Assembly: GCA_001179505.1 (NCBI GenBank) | Contig: CDMY01000531.1 | Span: 287,130-351,129 of the forward strand | Direction: 5' to 3' | DNA length: 64,000 bases | Source of the DNA: Vitrella brassicaformis CCMP3155 | Taxonomy: Eukaryota > Protista > Chromerida | Shown: in pieces, positions 1 through 11,708 of the stretch | Position numbering within the stretch: position 1 is the first letter of the stretch | Layout of the letters: every line of letters starts with the position of its first letter | Translations under genes and position numbers: made by a program | The notes under the pieces: model-generated | What the model was told of the DNA's origin: nothing | Database searches by the model: none | What the model saw: only the letters and a program-made list of their open reading frames with translations

Positions 1-134
1 AGGAGAGAAGGAGAGACAGAAAAATAGCCAGCCAGCACTGGCAAGCCGGCCGGCTCTGCTCTGCTCTCGACGTCCTCCCCCTCCCTACGTACACACCGCA
101 CCGCCCCCGCCACGGCAGCCCGATACGATCTGTG

Positions 135-3100
135 CTACTTCCCCGCCCCCAGCCATGAAGCCATCCACCCTGACTGCTGCTGCCGTTGCTGGGCACTGTC
201 GCCCTTCGGCGCCTCAAGGACGATGTTGTCCACAAGCCGACAGGAAGGGCCCACCGACGCACCTGACACGACACAGAAACGCCACGCCCACCACACACGT
301 GCAGAGAGAGAACATCCGCCGTGGTCTGCCTGCGTGTGTTCTGTTCCTTACCGATAGCGACGCAGTAGCTCTTTGTGGGCTGCAGCACGTCGGCTGCCTT
401 GCCCGTGTAAAGGTCGCACACAGTGATGTAGTCCACAGACAGACCGTGAGACGCCGCAAACACCCGCCCAGCCTCAGTCAGCACCCCGGCGTCCCGCTCT
501 CCACGCCGGTGCTGCGCCTCGACGGCCTGCAGCGTCTGGTAGATGAGCGGCGCCCTCTTCCTCTCCTCCGGGGTGAGCCGTGCGTTGCGTGATGCGAAGG
601 CCAGGCCGTCCTTCTCGCGGACCGTCGGCACCACTGCCACCTGCAGCAGAGAAAGAGGAGATGGGATGGAGCCATGGATTGAGGGAGGGAGGGAGGGGGA
701 ATGGGGTTACCTCGACGTCAGGGAAGAACTCGGCGCACAGTTTGCGCACGATGACGGTCTGTAGGAAGTCCTTCTGGCCAAACACGACCACCGATGGCCT
801 GCGGACACACGAGAGAAGACAATTCAGCGACGTGTGCAGAGCGTCCTCTCACTTGCCCTTGCTCACCTTGTCCATGCGAAGAACTTCGTCAGGACGGTTC
901 CAATGCCCCGGAAGAAGCTGAGTGAGACCAGCAGATTGACGTGTGTGCCCCCTTTCGGCCATCCATCTGTATCCCTCGTCGCTCACACACTCACCCAGGT
1001 CGTTCCTTGCCCTCTCCGTCGACCGCCTCGATGCCGGCGAAGTCCACACGCGCCGGGAAGCTGTCCTCTGTGTGTGTGCAGAGACAAAGAAAGGGGCCAT
1101 TCCACTCCATCCGCTGCGCTGCATGGTGATAATCCATCCGTACCAGCTGTGGGGTATATGTCCTGCACATTCGGGGTGAAGATGACCTCGACATTCCTGT
1201 CCCTCAGCTTGGCGATGTCCTCATCCAGACGCATTGGGTAGGTCTCAAAATCCTGCACAACCACCAACACACAAAGCATGACAGCAGGAGCGATGCGGCG
1301 TAGACAGAGGCTCGCGAGGCAGCACGGACCTTGGCCGACTGGAACTGCAGCTGGTTGAGGAAGAGGCTCGTCCACACACGGTCACCGCGACGAGACGCCT
1401 CGTCAAGCTGACGGATCGCCCCAGACATCCATCCATCCAGACTGCATGAATGAATCCCTTGGAACCAACCCTTTTCTCCCCAGCTCACCAGTGCCATGTG
1501 CCCGTCGTGCAGGCCACCTAGGAAGGGCACGAACGCCACACGAGCCGACGCTGGCAGGGTGGACCGCACACCCATCAGCTCACTGGGTGTCTTGCACACA
1601 CGAGTGGCCATCGGTGGGCTGGTGGCCGCGGCTGTGGGTGCGAGGGCTGCATGGGTCTCCTTTGCCGCTGTTGGCTGTGGTGGTAGTGGTGGGGATGCTG
1701 GTGCTGGTGGGGTGGTCTGCCGCTGTTCCTCGAGCGCTTTGATCAGGTGGACGAGCATCTCGTTGACGGGCGCAGAGAGGCCGACCTTCCGCGCCTCAGA
1801 CGCGATGGCGCCACAAATCGCCGAAATCTCGGTGGGGAGCCTGAAACAGATATACACCCATCCCATAGGAAGTCCATCTGCCTTGTCGTGTTCTCCATCC
1901 ACCACCCACCTCATCCACCACCCACCTGTTCTCCACATCAGTGCGCATCGATGACGTGTTCGCGGCCGTGGTTTCAGCGGCCCTCTGCACCACCTTGACG
2001 AGATTCGACCCCTCGGGCAGCCGGATGCCTCGCGCGCGGCCTACCTCAGAGACCTGAACAGACCAGGAAAGGTGCGTGCGTGTGTGCGTTGGAATACTCT
2101 CGGGCGTAGGTGGCGGTGGGGGGTACCAACCTCCTGTGCGATTTGGGAGATGAGGGGCTCGAAGTGAGGCCGTGTGAGAGCACCGTTGTTGACGCCATAC
2201 AACGCCGTCAGGGGATTCACGACGGCTGACACACACAGGCGACAACACAAGTTGAACATGGGGATGCCAAGGAAAGGCTGGCTGCTCACCATTGATGGCC
2301 AACTTGTGCCAGATGGTCTCCAGCACATCTTGCGACCGCACCGTGCGCGTCGTCAAAGCCGCCGCGTTCAACAGATCCCTCACCCGCTCCACACACGCCT
2401 CGTCCTTCCTCTCCGCCGCCCCGATGACCGTCTCGCCCTCCCCCATCCGCCACACACGGCCCTCGTCCCCGGCACGCACAAGCGCCCCATTGGTGGTGGT
2501 GCCCAGCAGCAGCTTCGGGCCGTCGCGGCCTTTGAAGGCCTTCTTCAGCTCTAGCGGCGCGTCGAGGCCGTTCTGCAGGGAGAGGACGCAGCCGTCGGGC
2601 CTCACAGCCCTCCTGGCGAGCTTGGCCGCCCGTTCGGTGTCGGCGCTTTTGATCAGGATGATGGCGAGGTCGAAGGCGCCTTGTGGTAGGGTGGTGTCGT
2701 CAGTGACGACGTCCAGGGTGACGGGCGGGCCGTGGGGATTGCCCAAGGGGTCCACACACGACAGACCGCCGCCAGAAGAGATCGCACTCGCTGAGGAGAG
2801 ACACAATTCCATATATGTGAGCGATGGTGCGGTATTTTCTCGGTGGGCTGACCTTGCTGTTGCCACCGCGTCGCGACGGTGACGGCTACATCCCCCTTGG
2901 TGGCGAGCATGTAGGCCACAAGTGACGCCATGCCCCCCGAACCGATCACCAACACCCTCTTCAACCCACCAGCCACCATGCCACCAACACCAGACGCAGA
3001 TAAGGCCGGCTCACCCCCCTGATCAACCACAACATCAGCCGGAGACAGTGGCTCGCCCTCTGTCCATCGGATGAAGGCGTCCCTCTCGCCGGGATCCATC

Positions 3101-4642
3101 AAGAACGAGTTGTGCTGCGGGTGGGGGAAGGTCTCCCGCTCCACTGCTGTGGCGTACTCCTCGACTGCTTTGGCGGTCTGCCGCCAGCCGTCGCCAAAGC
3201 GCCTGACGAACTTGAGGGAGAGGGAGCCGGGCGACTGCAGGCCCAATACGTCATGCCACACCAACACCTGCCCGTCACAGTGAGGCCCTGCAGTGCACAC
3301 GAACAAACACACAGAGAGGGAGGGGGATGCGTGTGTGGAGGGCTTTGCGTTTGTCTGTGTGTGGACCTGCGCCAATGCCGATGGTCGGGATGGTGAGTCT
3401 GCGTGAGATCTCTTCAGCAACCTCTGAGCACACCTTCTCCAGGACGATCATGCAGCAGCCGGCAGCCTCGAGCGCCTGCGCCTCCTCGACCAAATACTGC
3501 ACCCACCCATACACAACATCAGCCACCCAGACAGCACAGCACCTCTGGTTGCGAGTGCCGCCACTTGATGTGCCCTGGTCTCTACCTGGGCATCTTTGGC
3601 CGTCTTGCCCCTCGCAAGGAAGTTCTCGGCCGTCTGCGGCAGCACACCCGTGTGGCCCACGACCGGCGTCAGCTGACTCACGGCCTGCATACACCAACAG
3701 ACAGACAGCCACACGGGAGTCTTGATCCCTCCCTCATATCATTGTATAGGTGGGCAGTTTACCTTGATTTGCTCGTACATGGGTCCCTCGATCTTGACGG
3801 CGGCCACGCCGCCCTCGTTGACGAAGCGAATGGCGTTTTGGACGGCCCTGTCGACGGTGCTGTAGCTGCCGAATGGCATGTCGCCGATGACGAAACACCG
3901 CGAGTTGCCGCGGGTGACTGACTTGCAGTGATATAGCATCTCGTCCATGCCGATCTGAAGATGAGATGAATGATGGACCACCAGAGCTGCTGTGAATGGG
4001 GTTTTCCTCTGGTTTGGTTTGGTTTGGTTTGTGCAGCGTCAGTCACCTGGTTGGTGCGTGCGTGTCCGAGCACCACGTTGGCCAGCGAGTCGCCCACAAG
4101 GATGCAATCCAGCACTGATGGACAAGAAAACAACAAAACGCGCCCTCTCATCAGCACGCCCGTTGAAAGACCAGCTCTCCAACTGCCGCCTACTTGCAGA
4201 ATTGGCCACTTGTGCGCCGATGAAGTCATACGCTGCAGGCAGGCAGGCAGGATAAGAACAACACAACACACACACGGGGATGGATGCCGTCCGCCCGATG
4301 CATCAGATCTGATGCTTACACATGCAGACACACAGACAGTTTTCCTCTCTCACCGGTGATGACGGTGATCTTCCTCCTCTCCTTCTTCTTCCGCAGCAGA
4401 TCTCTCATCTTCAGCGACTTGACACCGCCGCCGCCACTCGCATACAACGTCCGCACACCGCCCATTCGCCGCCAATCATCACTCATGGGCGGCATCCGGC
4501 TTACCGCTGCCGGCGGTCTCGCCACGCACAGGCTGTGCAGCGCCATCCGGCTGACCGGCAGCGCACCTGACGCCCTGGCTGCCGCCTGGCTGACTAGAGA
4601 CCGACTTGAGGACAGAACTCGATGAACACTCAGTCCTTTCAT
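135..4642 (-). CDS. panB-panE-panC: Trifunctional pantothenate biosynthesis protein: ketopantoate hydroxymethyltransferase + ketopantoate reductase + pantoate-beta-alanine ligase, with a mitochondrial-type presequence
   Basis: Manual GT-AG splicing gives one frame from ATG 4642 to TAG 135. PanB motifs: TAYD, VGDSL, DMPFGSY, VKIEG, GHTGVLPQ, GIGAG, DGQVLV. PanE motifs: VLVIGSGG, QNGL, WHKLAIN, NPLTAL, SSMRTD, PTEI. PanC motifs: FVPFLGGLHDGH, RPGFFRG, FGQKD, REKDGLAFASRN, RLVDN. Confidence 0.92.
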
Positions 4643-4920
4643 CTTTCAACTCGGCGATGACTTGCGGATCCGAGTACGGCCTCCATGATGCTCACGCTGA
4701 CGCGGTGACGGGACAAACAGGGAGATCGCGCACAGCTAAGCTCGCAGCCTTCCTCAAGCTCGCATTTGGCGGCGCATGGAGAGAGGGTCGCGGGTAGCGT
4801 CTGTGTAGTGGCTCGGCAGCAATGTTTGCCGAGCGCTGATTCAGCTTGCCTCTACCTCGCGCGACTCTCGTGGGAAGCGTTGCCGTGAAGGCCGGCGAGG
4901 CGCCGCGGGATCAGATCCCC
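4643..4920. promoter_or_regulatory. Bidirectional promoter region with two AGCTCGCA motifs
   Basis: Lies between divergent ATGs; motif at 4739 and 4757. Confidence 0.5.
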
Positions 4921-7591
4921 ATGGCCGAGGTGATGGATGCCGTCCGTCCCTCCACCCCCACCCCCACCCCCCACCCCAGATCCTCCCTCCCCCTCTCCGC
5001 CACCTTCCCCGCCAGCAACCTCGATTTTACGCTGCCGCCGCAGCACCACCACCTGCACACAACGGCCAAGACCGTCACGCGCATGCCCGTCATTATCAAC
5101 CAGCAGACGACCGCTTCATCGGCCCTGCCGCAGTGCGATGGTGACGACGGCTCGTGTGTGGCCTCGCCGAGGTCGCAAGGCGAGGACCAGGCCGCTCCGA
5201 AGACGGTGCGGCGTGTGGCAGACCTGTTTTGGGGCATTCGGGGGAGGCAGAGGGAGGGGGAGAGGAAGGGCGCCAAGGCGGCCAGCGAGGCGCATCATGT
5301 TTCAGAAGAACGTAAGGAGAGATGAGATGGAACACAACACAACAAAATGATGGATGGATGCATGCCTGCCTGCCTGTTTGTCTGTTTGTTTGTCAGGTGT
5401 GCGGGGGGATTTCGATGCTGCGGATGCATGGTTGCGGCGTGAGCTTGACGTGGGCCACATCGTGCCGGTCGGTGCCCTGACGATGCTCAAGAAGCCAAGG
5501 GGATGCAACGCATTCACCTCGGTGAGCAAAGCGCTGACCATGATCAGCCAGCCAGCCACCCCGTCGCCCGCGCCTCGGTGTGTCTGCGTTTGCAGGTCCA
5601 GCGTGCAACCCTCGAATGGCAGTATGTCGATATCATATGGATTGACGCAAGAGGTGCGTTGACGTGACGTGCGACACACTCATACACAAGAAGCCATCGG
5701 TCGCTTCCATCCATCCATCCATCCACTCATTTATAATGTCCTGCAGCTCTATCGAGGCACCGTCACTCGTACATGCGGACGCCCGCGCTGATGGAGCTGC
5801 TGGACAACGGCATCTTCAACCTCAGAAACGCCGGCACAGCCATCGCAGTGCCCTTCAGGGGCGTCGTGTGCAGCTATCCACGGATCGGTATCATCACAGA
5901 GGCGCAGGGAATGCCGCTCGCTAAGGTAGGGAATCAGCCACACCTCTCACACGAGAGATGTGCATCTGTGTGTGTGTGTGTGTGTGGTGTTGACAGTTTC
6001 TGCGTGAGTATCCTGACGTGATTCGGGTTGAGGAGCACCGTTGGTCGATCATGGAGCAGCTGGCCAGGGCGGTGGAGAGCCTGCACTGCCGCAAGACGCC
6101 CATCATGCACAGAGACATCTCAGAGCACACCGTCATGCTCCAATGGGTCAGCCAAATCAGCCAGCCCGCCACTCCGACCAAAGCATAGACACCAACACGC
6201 CCCTCCCTCTCTCTCTCGCTCAACACATCAGGAGTATGAGGTGGTTCACCAGACGCCCACGTACATGGATCTGAAGCCCCGTGTCCGCCTGCGTCTGTCG
6301 CACTTCCTCTACTCGAGCGAGGTGTCGGCCACCAGCTGCATAGACGACCCCCCCACCGGCCCTTGTCTGCACTACATGGCGCCGGAGGAGATCGTCGTGC
6401 CGTCAAGACACACCAGAATGGTATGTATTGTATGTATGTGGCGGGCTGGGGAAACAAACGGGAGGGATGACTCTCTCTGTGTTTGTTGTGTGGCTGTGGG
6501 TGTAGGCGTGTCTGAAGTCTGATGTGTGGCGGGTGATGCTCATATTCCGGCTGCTGCACGGCCTGCACCTCAACACAAAGGTCAGTCAGTCTGACGTCGA
6601 TAGCCATCCATCCATCCATCTGTCTGTCTCTACACGCGTGGTGTGCGTCTGTCCCTCTCCCTCAATCGGTCAATTGGTCAGGATGCGGCCGACGAGTATG
6701 ATTTGTGGGCCGAGCTGTGTCGACTGGTGCCGGTGCGTTACGGCAAGCAGGAGGCCGAGTACATCACGCCGCTGCCCAAGATGATCAACGCCATGTCATC
6801 CCTCCTACCCGAATACAGATGGAACTCATCTCAGGTACGTGAGCCCTTTTCTCCACACGTCACCCCTTCCACGCCCACACCCACACCCCTCTCGCTCTCT
6901 CTGTGTGCGTCACACACATACTAACAGGTGTTGAGTGTGCTGCATCGGCCAGCGACGGCCTACAGCCTGCCGCACGCGCCGTCGGGTCTCCTGAGGAGCG
7001 TCCCGGACACCTCCACCCCCTACCCGCGATATGACCCCGTGGTGCAGAAGCTCAACCCTCCGGCGCACTTCCTGGGCGGCAGTGACGTCAAGCAGCCGTG
7101 CATTCTCATTGTGCCCCACTTCGGGAGAGTCTGGTCAGTAGATAGATAAAACGGAGAGTGGGCGGCAGTGGAGAAATGCTCATGTCCATGTCCATGTGTG
7201 TGGTGTGTGCAGGGGCACGTTGTCTCCCTCCGAGTATTGCGACATCTGCCTGACGCCCTGCTCGCCCATCCCGCCGCCGAACGAGTCGTGCTGCCTCTCG
7301 TGCGGCTGCACACACGTGCCCACCAAGATGCCCCTCTACAGCGGCCATCACGCAGCCGCCGGGCCCACCCTCACCCGTCTGCGCGCCCCGCCGGCCCTTC
7401 CCCAGGGCATGCCGCCCCCCTTCTACTACCCCTCGGTGCACGGACATGCACCTGCACCCCCAGCCATGCTGCCCTATTATCCCTACTACCCGCCCTCTTC
7501 GTTGGGTGGGTATGGCTGTGGCTATGGGTATGGGTACCCCCACTACCTGGATCATGTCATGTACGGCGGTAACAGAGAGGCGGGGGCGTGA
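4921..7591 (+). CDS. Protein-kinase-like protein, probably a pseudokinase, with a C-terminal Cys cluster and Pro/Tyr-rich tail
   Basis: Spliced exons give MHRDISEHT, LSHF at the DFG position, YMAPE and SDVW, followed by YCDIC...CLSC. Stop at 7591. Confidence 0.7.
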
Positions 7592-7783
7592 CGGGACTTG
7601 AGAGATGGGTGCTGGCTCGCGAGTGGGTGCGGGGTGGCTGGGTGGGACGGTGTGGTGGCATGGGTGTTTTTTGCCATACACATGCGTTCATTGGGGGATC
7701 GATGGCTGGATGGATGGATGGACTGACGGATTGATGTCGTGCTGGTGCTGTGGTTTGTAAGGGCTCTCTCCCTGGCTCTGTGC

Positions 7784-7885
7784 GTGCCGTCACTGCTAGA
7801 ATCTTTCTTTCGCAATTGACTCGCTAACGGGCCACTTTCCGGGGGCGAGCGAGCTGCGAAGGAGAGATTCTAGCAGTGATGGTGC
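7784..7885 (+). ncRNA. Long RNA hairpin (pre-miRNA-like or 3'-UTR structure)
   Basis: 7784-7814 pairs with 7855-7885 over 31 consecutive positions (26 Watson-Crick + 5 G.U). An inner helix pairs 7820-7825 with 7848-7853. Confidence 0.5.
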
Positions 7886-8269
7886 AGGTGCCAGGCAGGC
7901 CCTCGTTCCGTGCTTTTATCCAAAGAATGCATGTGTGGGCCCCTGTGGCCCTCTATCTCCCCGCTCTCTGCCGTGGGCGGTTCCAAGTTACTTTTATTTC
8001 AGCTCCCTTTGTGTGCCTCTTATCCACATGTATGTCTGTGCGGACAATTAACGACAGAACACAGCGCGAGTGTCTTTATGCGAAACGAGATGAGTAAGTC
8101 CATCCTGCCTGCCTGCCTGCCTGCCTGTCTCTTTCTTCATTCATGTGTACACTAACTATGGCGAGTGGCCGGCGGGCTGGTCGTCTTGACCGTCCTGATG
8201 CGTGGATGGATGGATGAGTGGTGTGAGGAATGCATGCACGACTGCACATTTTTCCCGTGCTGCCCCCCC

Positions 8270-8569
8270 NNNNNNNNNNNNNNNNNNNNNNNNNNNNNNN
8301 NNNNNNNNNNNNNNNNNNNNNNNNNNNNNNNNNNNNNNNNNNNNNNNNNNNNNNNNNNNNNNNNNNNNNNNNNNNNNNNNNNNNNNNNNNNNNNNNNNNN
8401 NNNNNNNNNNNNNNNNNNNNNNNNNNNNNNNNNNNNNNNNNNNNNNNNNNNNNNNNNNNNNNNNNNNNNNNNNNNNNNNNNNNNNNNNNNNNNNNNNNNN
8501 NNNNNNNNNNNNNNNNNNNNNNNNNNNNNNNNNNNNNNNNNNNNNNNNNNNNNNNNNNNNNNNNNNNNN
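8270..8569. other. Assembly gap (300 N)
   Basis: Run of N; gaps of the same length at 13153-13452, 14086-14385, 30511-30810 and 55875-56174. Confidence 0.99.
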
Positions 8570-9336
8570 CCCCCCCCCCCCCCCCCCCCCTGTCGATGAA
8601 TGCAATGCACCAAGTGCAGCAGAGGTCCGTCGCTGCGCGACAATCACACACCGACAGTTCACTCAACACAAATGGACAGACCAGCCCCTGACGAGCTGTC
8701 TGTCTGAGCTCGACACCTACTGCTGAACCAGATTAAAGCCAGCCCGCCAGCCGGTCAGTCGTCTCGAGGAACATCGCCAATGACGGCCTTCCACGTACCT
8801 GCACATACACAAACACAGAGAGAGAGAGAGATGTGTGTGTGGTGTGTCGTGTGCGTACCGCCATATGTTTGGGATGAGGGCATGGCCATGCCGTCGCTGC
8901 CGACAGTCGCATGGCGAGAGCTGTCAGCACCACACACTGACGGCAACACAAGCGACACACTGCAGATAGCACCGCTGTTCCTGTCCGGCCGTTGCAATGC
9001 ACGTCCAATGTCTCGCCGCGCTTGGGCAGTGAGTGCGTCGACGCGACGCCTTCTCCGTCTCATTCAGGGCATTTCGCAGAGGTCGTGTGGGCGGAGAGCG
9101 TCTGCATTCGTTATTATCCGTTCGGTCGCCGCGAGAAGAGTTCGCGTTTCTCGACGAAAGGAGACGGGAGACGGGAGACGGACCTTCTTTGAGAAGTTAT
9201 TGATTTCTCAGACAGCGCCTCTCATTTGACATTCGTTCAATCCTCCTGCGCATCGCCCTCAGCTCGCAGCAAACGGCTGACCGTTGAGGAGTGAGAGAGA
9301 GCAAACAGCAGCGACATGCTGTCAGCGTCCTTCGCC

Positions 9337-10568
9337 TATGTATGTCTACAGCACAGCAGCAGCAGCGCGACAGCAAGAGCCCGTCGGCACGGATCAGGTT
9401 CAGCCGTCCCCTGGCCAGCCGTGCCATTTCACGACAGCGACACCAACAGCACACCAAGACCGTGACCCACCCCGTCGGCACGGATCACCGGCAGACCTCC
9501 CCTGCCCAGCCGTGCCACAAACAAGACCACCGCCAGTGCCACCACACACACCAACGGCGGCCAAGACGACTGGGCTTCGTCTGCTGACCACCGCGGCAGA
9601 GTGCCTTGCGGGAGAGGGCCGTAGAGACCGTGGCTGAGGAGCCGGATGAGGTGTGCGCCGACGTGGGCGAGGAGGAGCCGAGCATCCTCCCCCTGCCGCA
9701 CCTCAGCAACACGGCCGCCACACGCCTCCCCGACCACCGCGGCGCCAGCGAGGCCGGCAGCAGTTTAGACGCCGCGGGAGCACCAAGCCCGTCAGCAAAG
9801 AGGGAGGGAGAGGGTGAGGGTGAGTGGGAGGAGGGCGATGAGTGGCTGGCCGACTTGGGCGAGGAGGAGACCCCCATCAGCCACCCTCTGTGCAGCAGCA
9901 GCACTCTTAGCATCGCCACTCGGGACGGAGCGGGCTCTACGGCCGATGATAGCAAATCGCAGCAAGGTAAGTGACGGACTGTCTGGTCAGTCAGTCAGTG
10001 TGATTGGTTGATGGTCATGAGTGAAACTGTCGTATGTGTGTTGGCTCTGCGCTGCGTTCCGTTGCTCTCTCTATGTGCAGGTCTGTCAGTGGCCGAGCCG
10101 TGTGACGAAGGACCCCCTCCCGCCCCTATCCTCGCACCTGCACCACCCGCCATCCTGCGCCTGAAGAGCGGTGCCGAAGTAGAGCTCCGAGTCAAGCTCG
10201 GCGAGGGCACTCGCGGCAAGGTGATGGCCGGCGTGGTCAACGAGCGATGGATGGCCTTCAAGATGGCCATCAGGGGGGCGGGCAGCCGGACCATCTGCGA
10301 GGAGATGGAGGCCGAGAGGGCCACGATGGAGAGGCTGCAGCAGCGGAAGAGGGAGAGGGGCGAGATGGGCCTGTTTCTCGACATCTACGTCTACGCGGGT
10401 CCCTCGGACGGCGCCACGTTCCGCGCCAGCCCCTCTGAGCCGCCGCAGGAGGTGGCAGCACCATGGACGACGCTGACTACGACGAGTGTGGCCTCATCGG
10501 CCATCGCTGTCTACGTTTTATATTCCGTAGTCCTTTTGATTCATGTCTCGCGTCGATGTGTCGGCTAG
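9337..10568 (+). pseudogene. Chimeric/truncated kinase-family copy: shared acidic low-complexity exon 1 plus a different kinase N-lobe, no C-lobe
   Basis: Exon 1 matches the other copies. Exon 2 reads KLGEGTRGKVMAG...MAFKMA...EEMEAE, then runs into the shared VAAPWTTL 3' module. No HxD or DFG motif. Confidence 0.6.
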
Positions 10569-10589
10569 TTCGCAGCGTGGGAGTGACCT

Positions 10590-11140
10590 ACGGGAGGGAA
10601 AATAATTGCTTGATCAATCGCCCACCCATGTGAGGACCAGCGGCACGAACGTGTAGCCCTTCTGCCGACAGTTGGCACCGTACTTGCGGTCCTTGTCCCG
10701 TTCTACACAAAATACAAAGATAGACAATGACGAGTGCACTTCTGACCCTCTCCCTCCCTGTCTCTCCGTTGTGTTGTGTTCGCTGCTCACCGAAGTCCCA
10801 CTGGCTTTGGTTCTTCCGCCATTTGCAGCGATTCCCAGCGGACAGATGTGCACACACACAAATGACACACGGGCGCCCATAGCCACGGCAGGACGCTGCA
10901 GTGCTCTGCATCGACAGATCTATCTGGCCAGTCTTGCAGTGATCGAGCCATCGCAGCACACCATGCGTCTGAGTGCCGTCATGTCGGCCGGGGAGGGTGG
11001 TCAGAGGCGACAGCACACCCAGTAGGTCACCCTCTGCACAGCATGCAGTCCTTGATGCCGGCCGGCCGTTGCAATGCAGGTCCACAGCCTCGCCGCGTTT
11101 CGGCAGTGAGTGCGTCGACGCGACACCTTCTCCGTCTCAT
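10590..11140 (-). pseudogene. Fragment resembling the restriction-like (PD-(D/E)xK) endonuclease of RLE-type non-LTR retroelements, apparently intron-containing
   Basis: Minus-strand translation gives GQIDLSMQSTAAS ... WDF|ERDKDRKYGANCRQKGYTFVPLVLTW, with a GT-AG intron at about 10704-10790. Confidence 0.45.
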
Positions 11141-11708
11141 TCAGGGCATTTCGCAGAGGTCGTGTGGGCGGAGAGCGTCTGCATTCGTTATCATCCGTTC
11201 GGTCTCTGCGAGAAAAGTTCGCGTTTCTCGACGAAAGGAGACGGGAGACGGGAGACGGACCTTCTTTGAGAAGTTATTGATTTCTCAGACAGCGCCTCTC
11301 ATTTGGCATTCGTTCAATCCTCCTGCGCATCGCCCTCAGCTCGCAGCAAACGGCTGACCGTTGAGGAGTGAGAGAGAGCAAACAGCAGCGACATACTGTC
11401 AGCGTCCTTCGCCTATGTATGTCTACAGCACAGCAGCAGCAGCGCGACAGCAAGAGCCTGTCGGCACGGATCAGGTTCAGCCGTCCCCTGGCCAGCCGTG
11501 CCATTTCACGACAGCGACACCAGCAGCACACCAAGACCGTGACCCACACCGTCGGCACGGATCACCGGTAGACCTCCCCTGCCCAGCCGTGCCACAAACA
11601 AGACCAAGACCACCGCCAGTGCCACCACACACACCAACGGCGGCCAAGACGACTGGGCTTCGTCTGCTGACCACCGCGGCAGAGTGCCTTGCGGGAGAGG
11701 GCCGTAGA

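Noticed and set aside
4811-4834. 8-bp hairpin GCTCGGCA/TGCCGAGC in the pan promoter region
   Set aside because: Short enough to arise by chance in GC-rich DNA.
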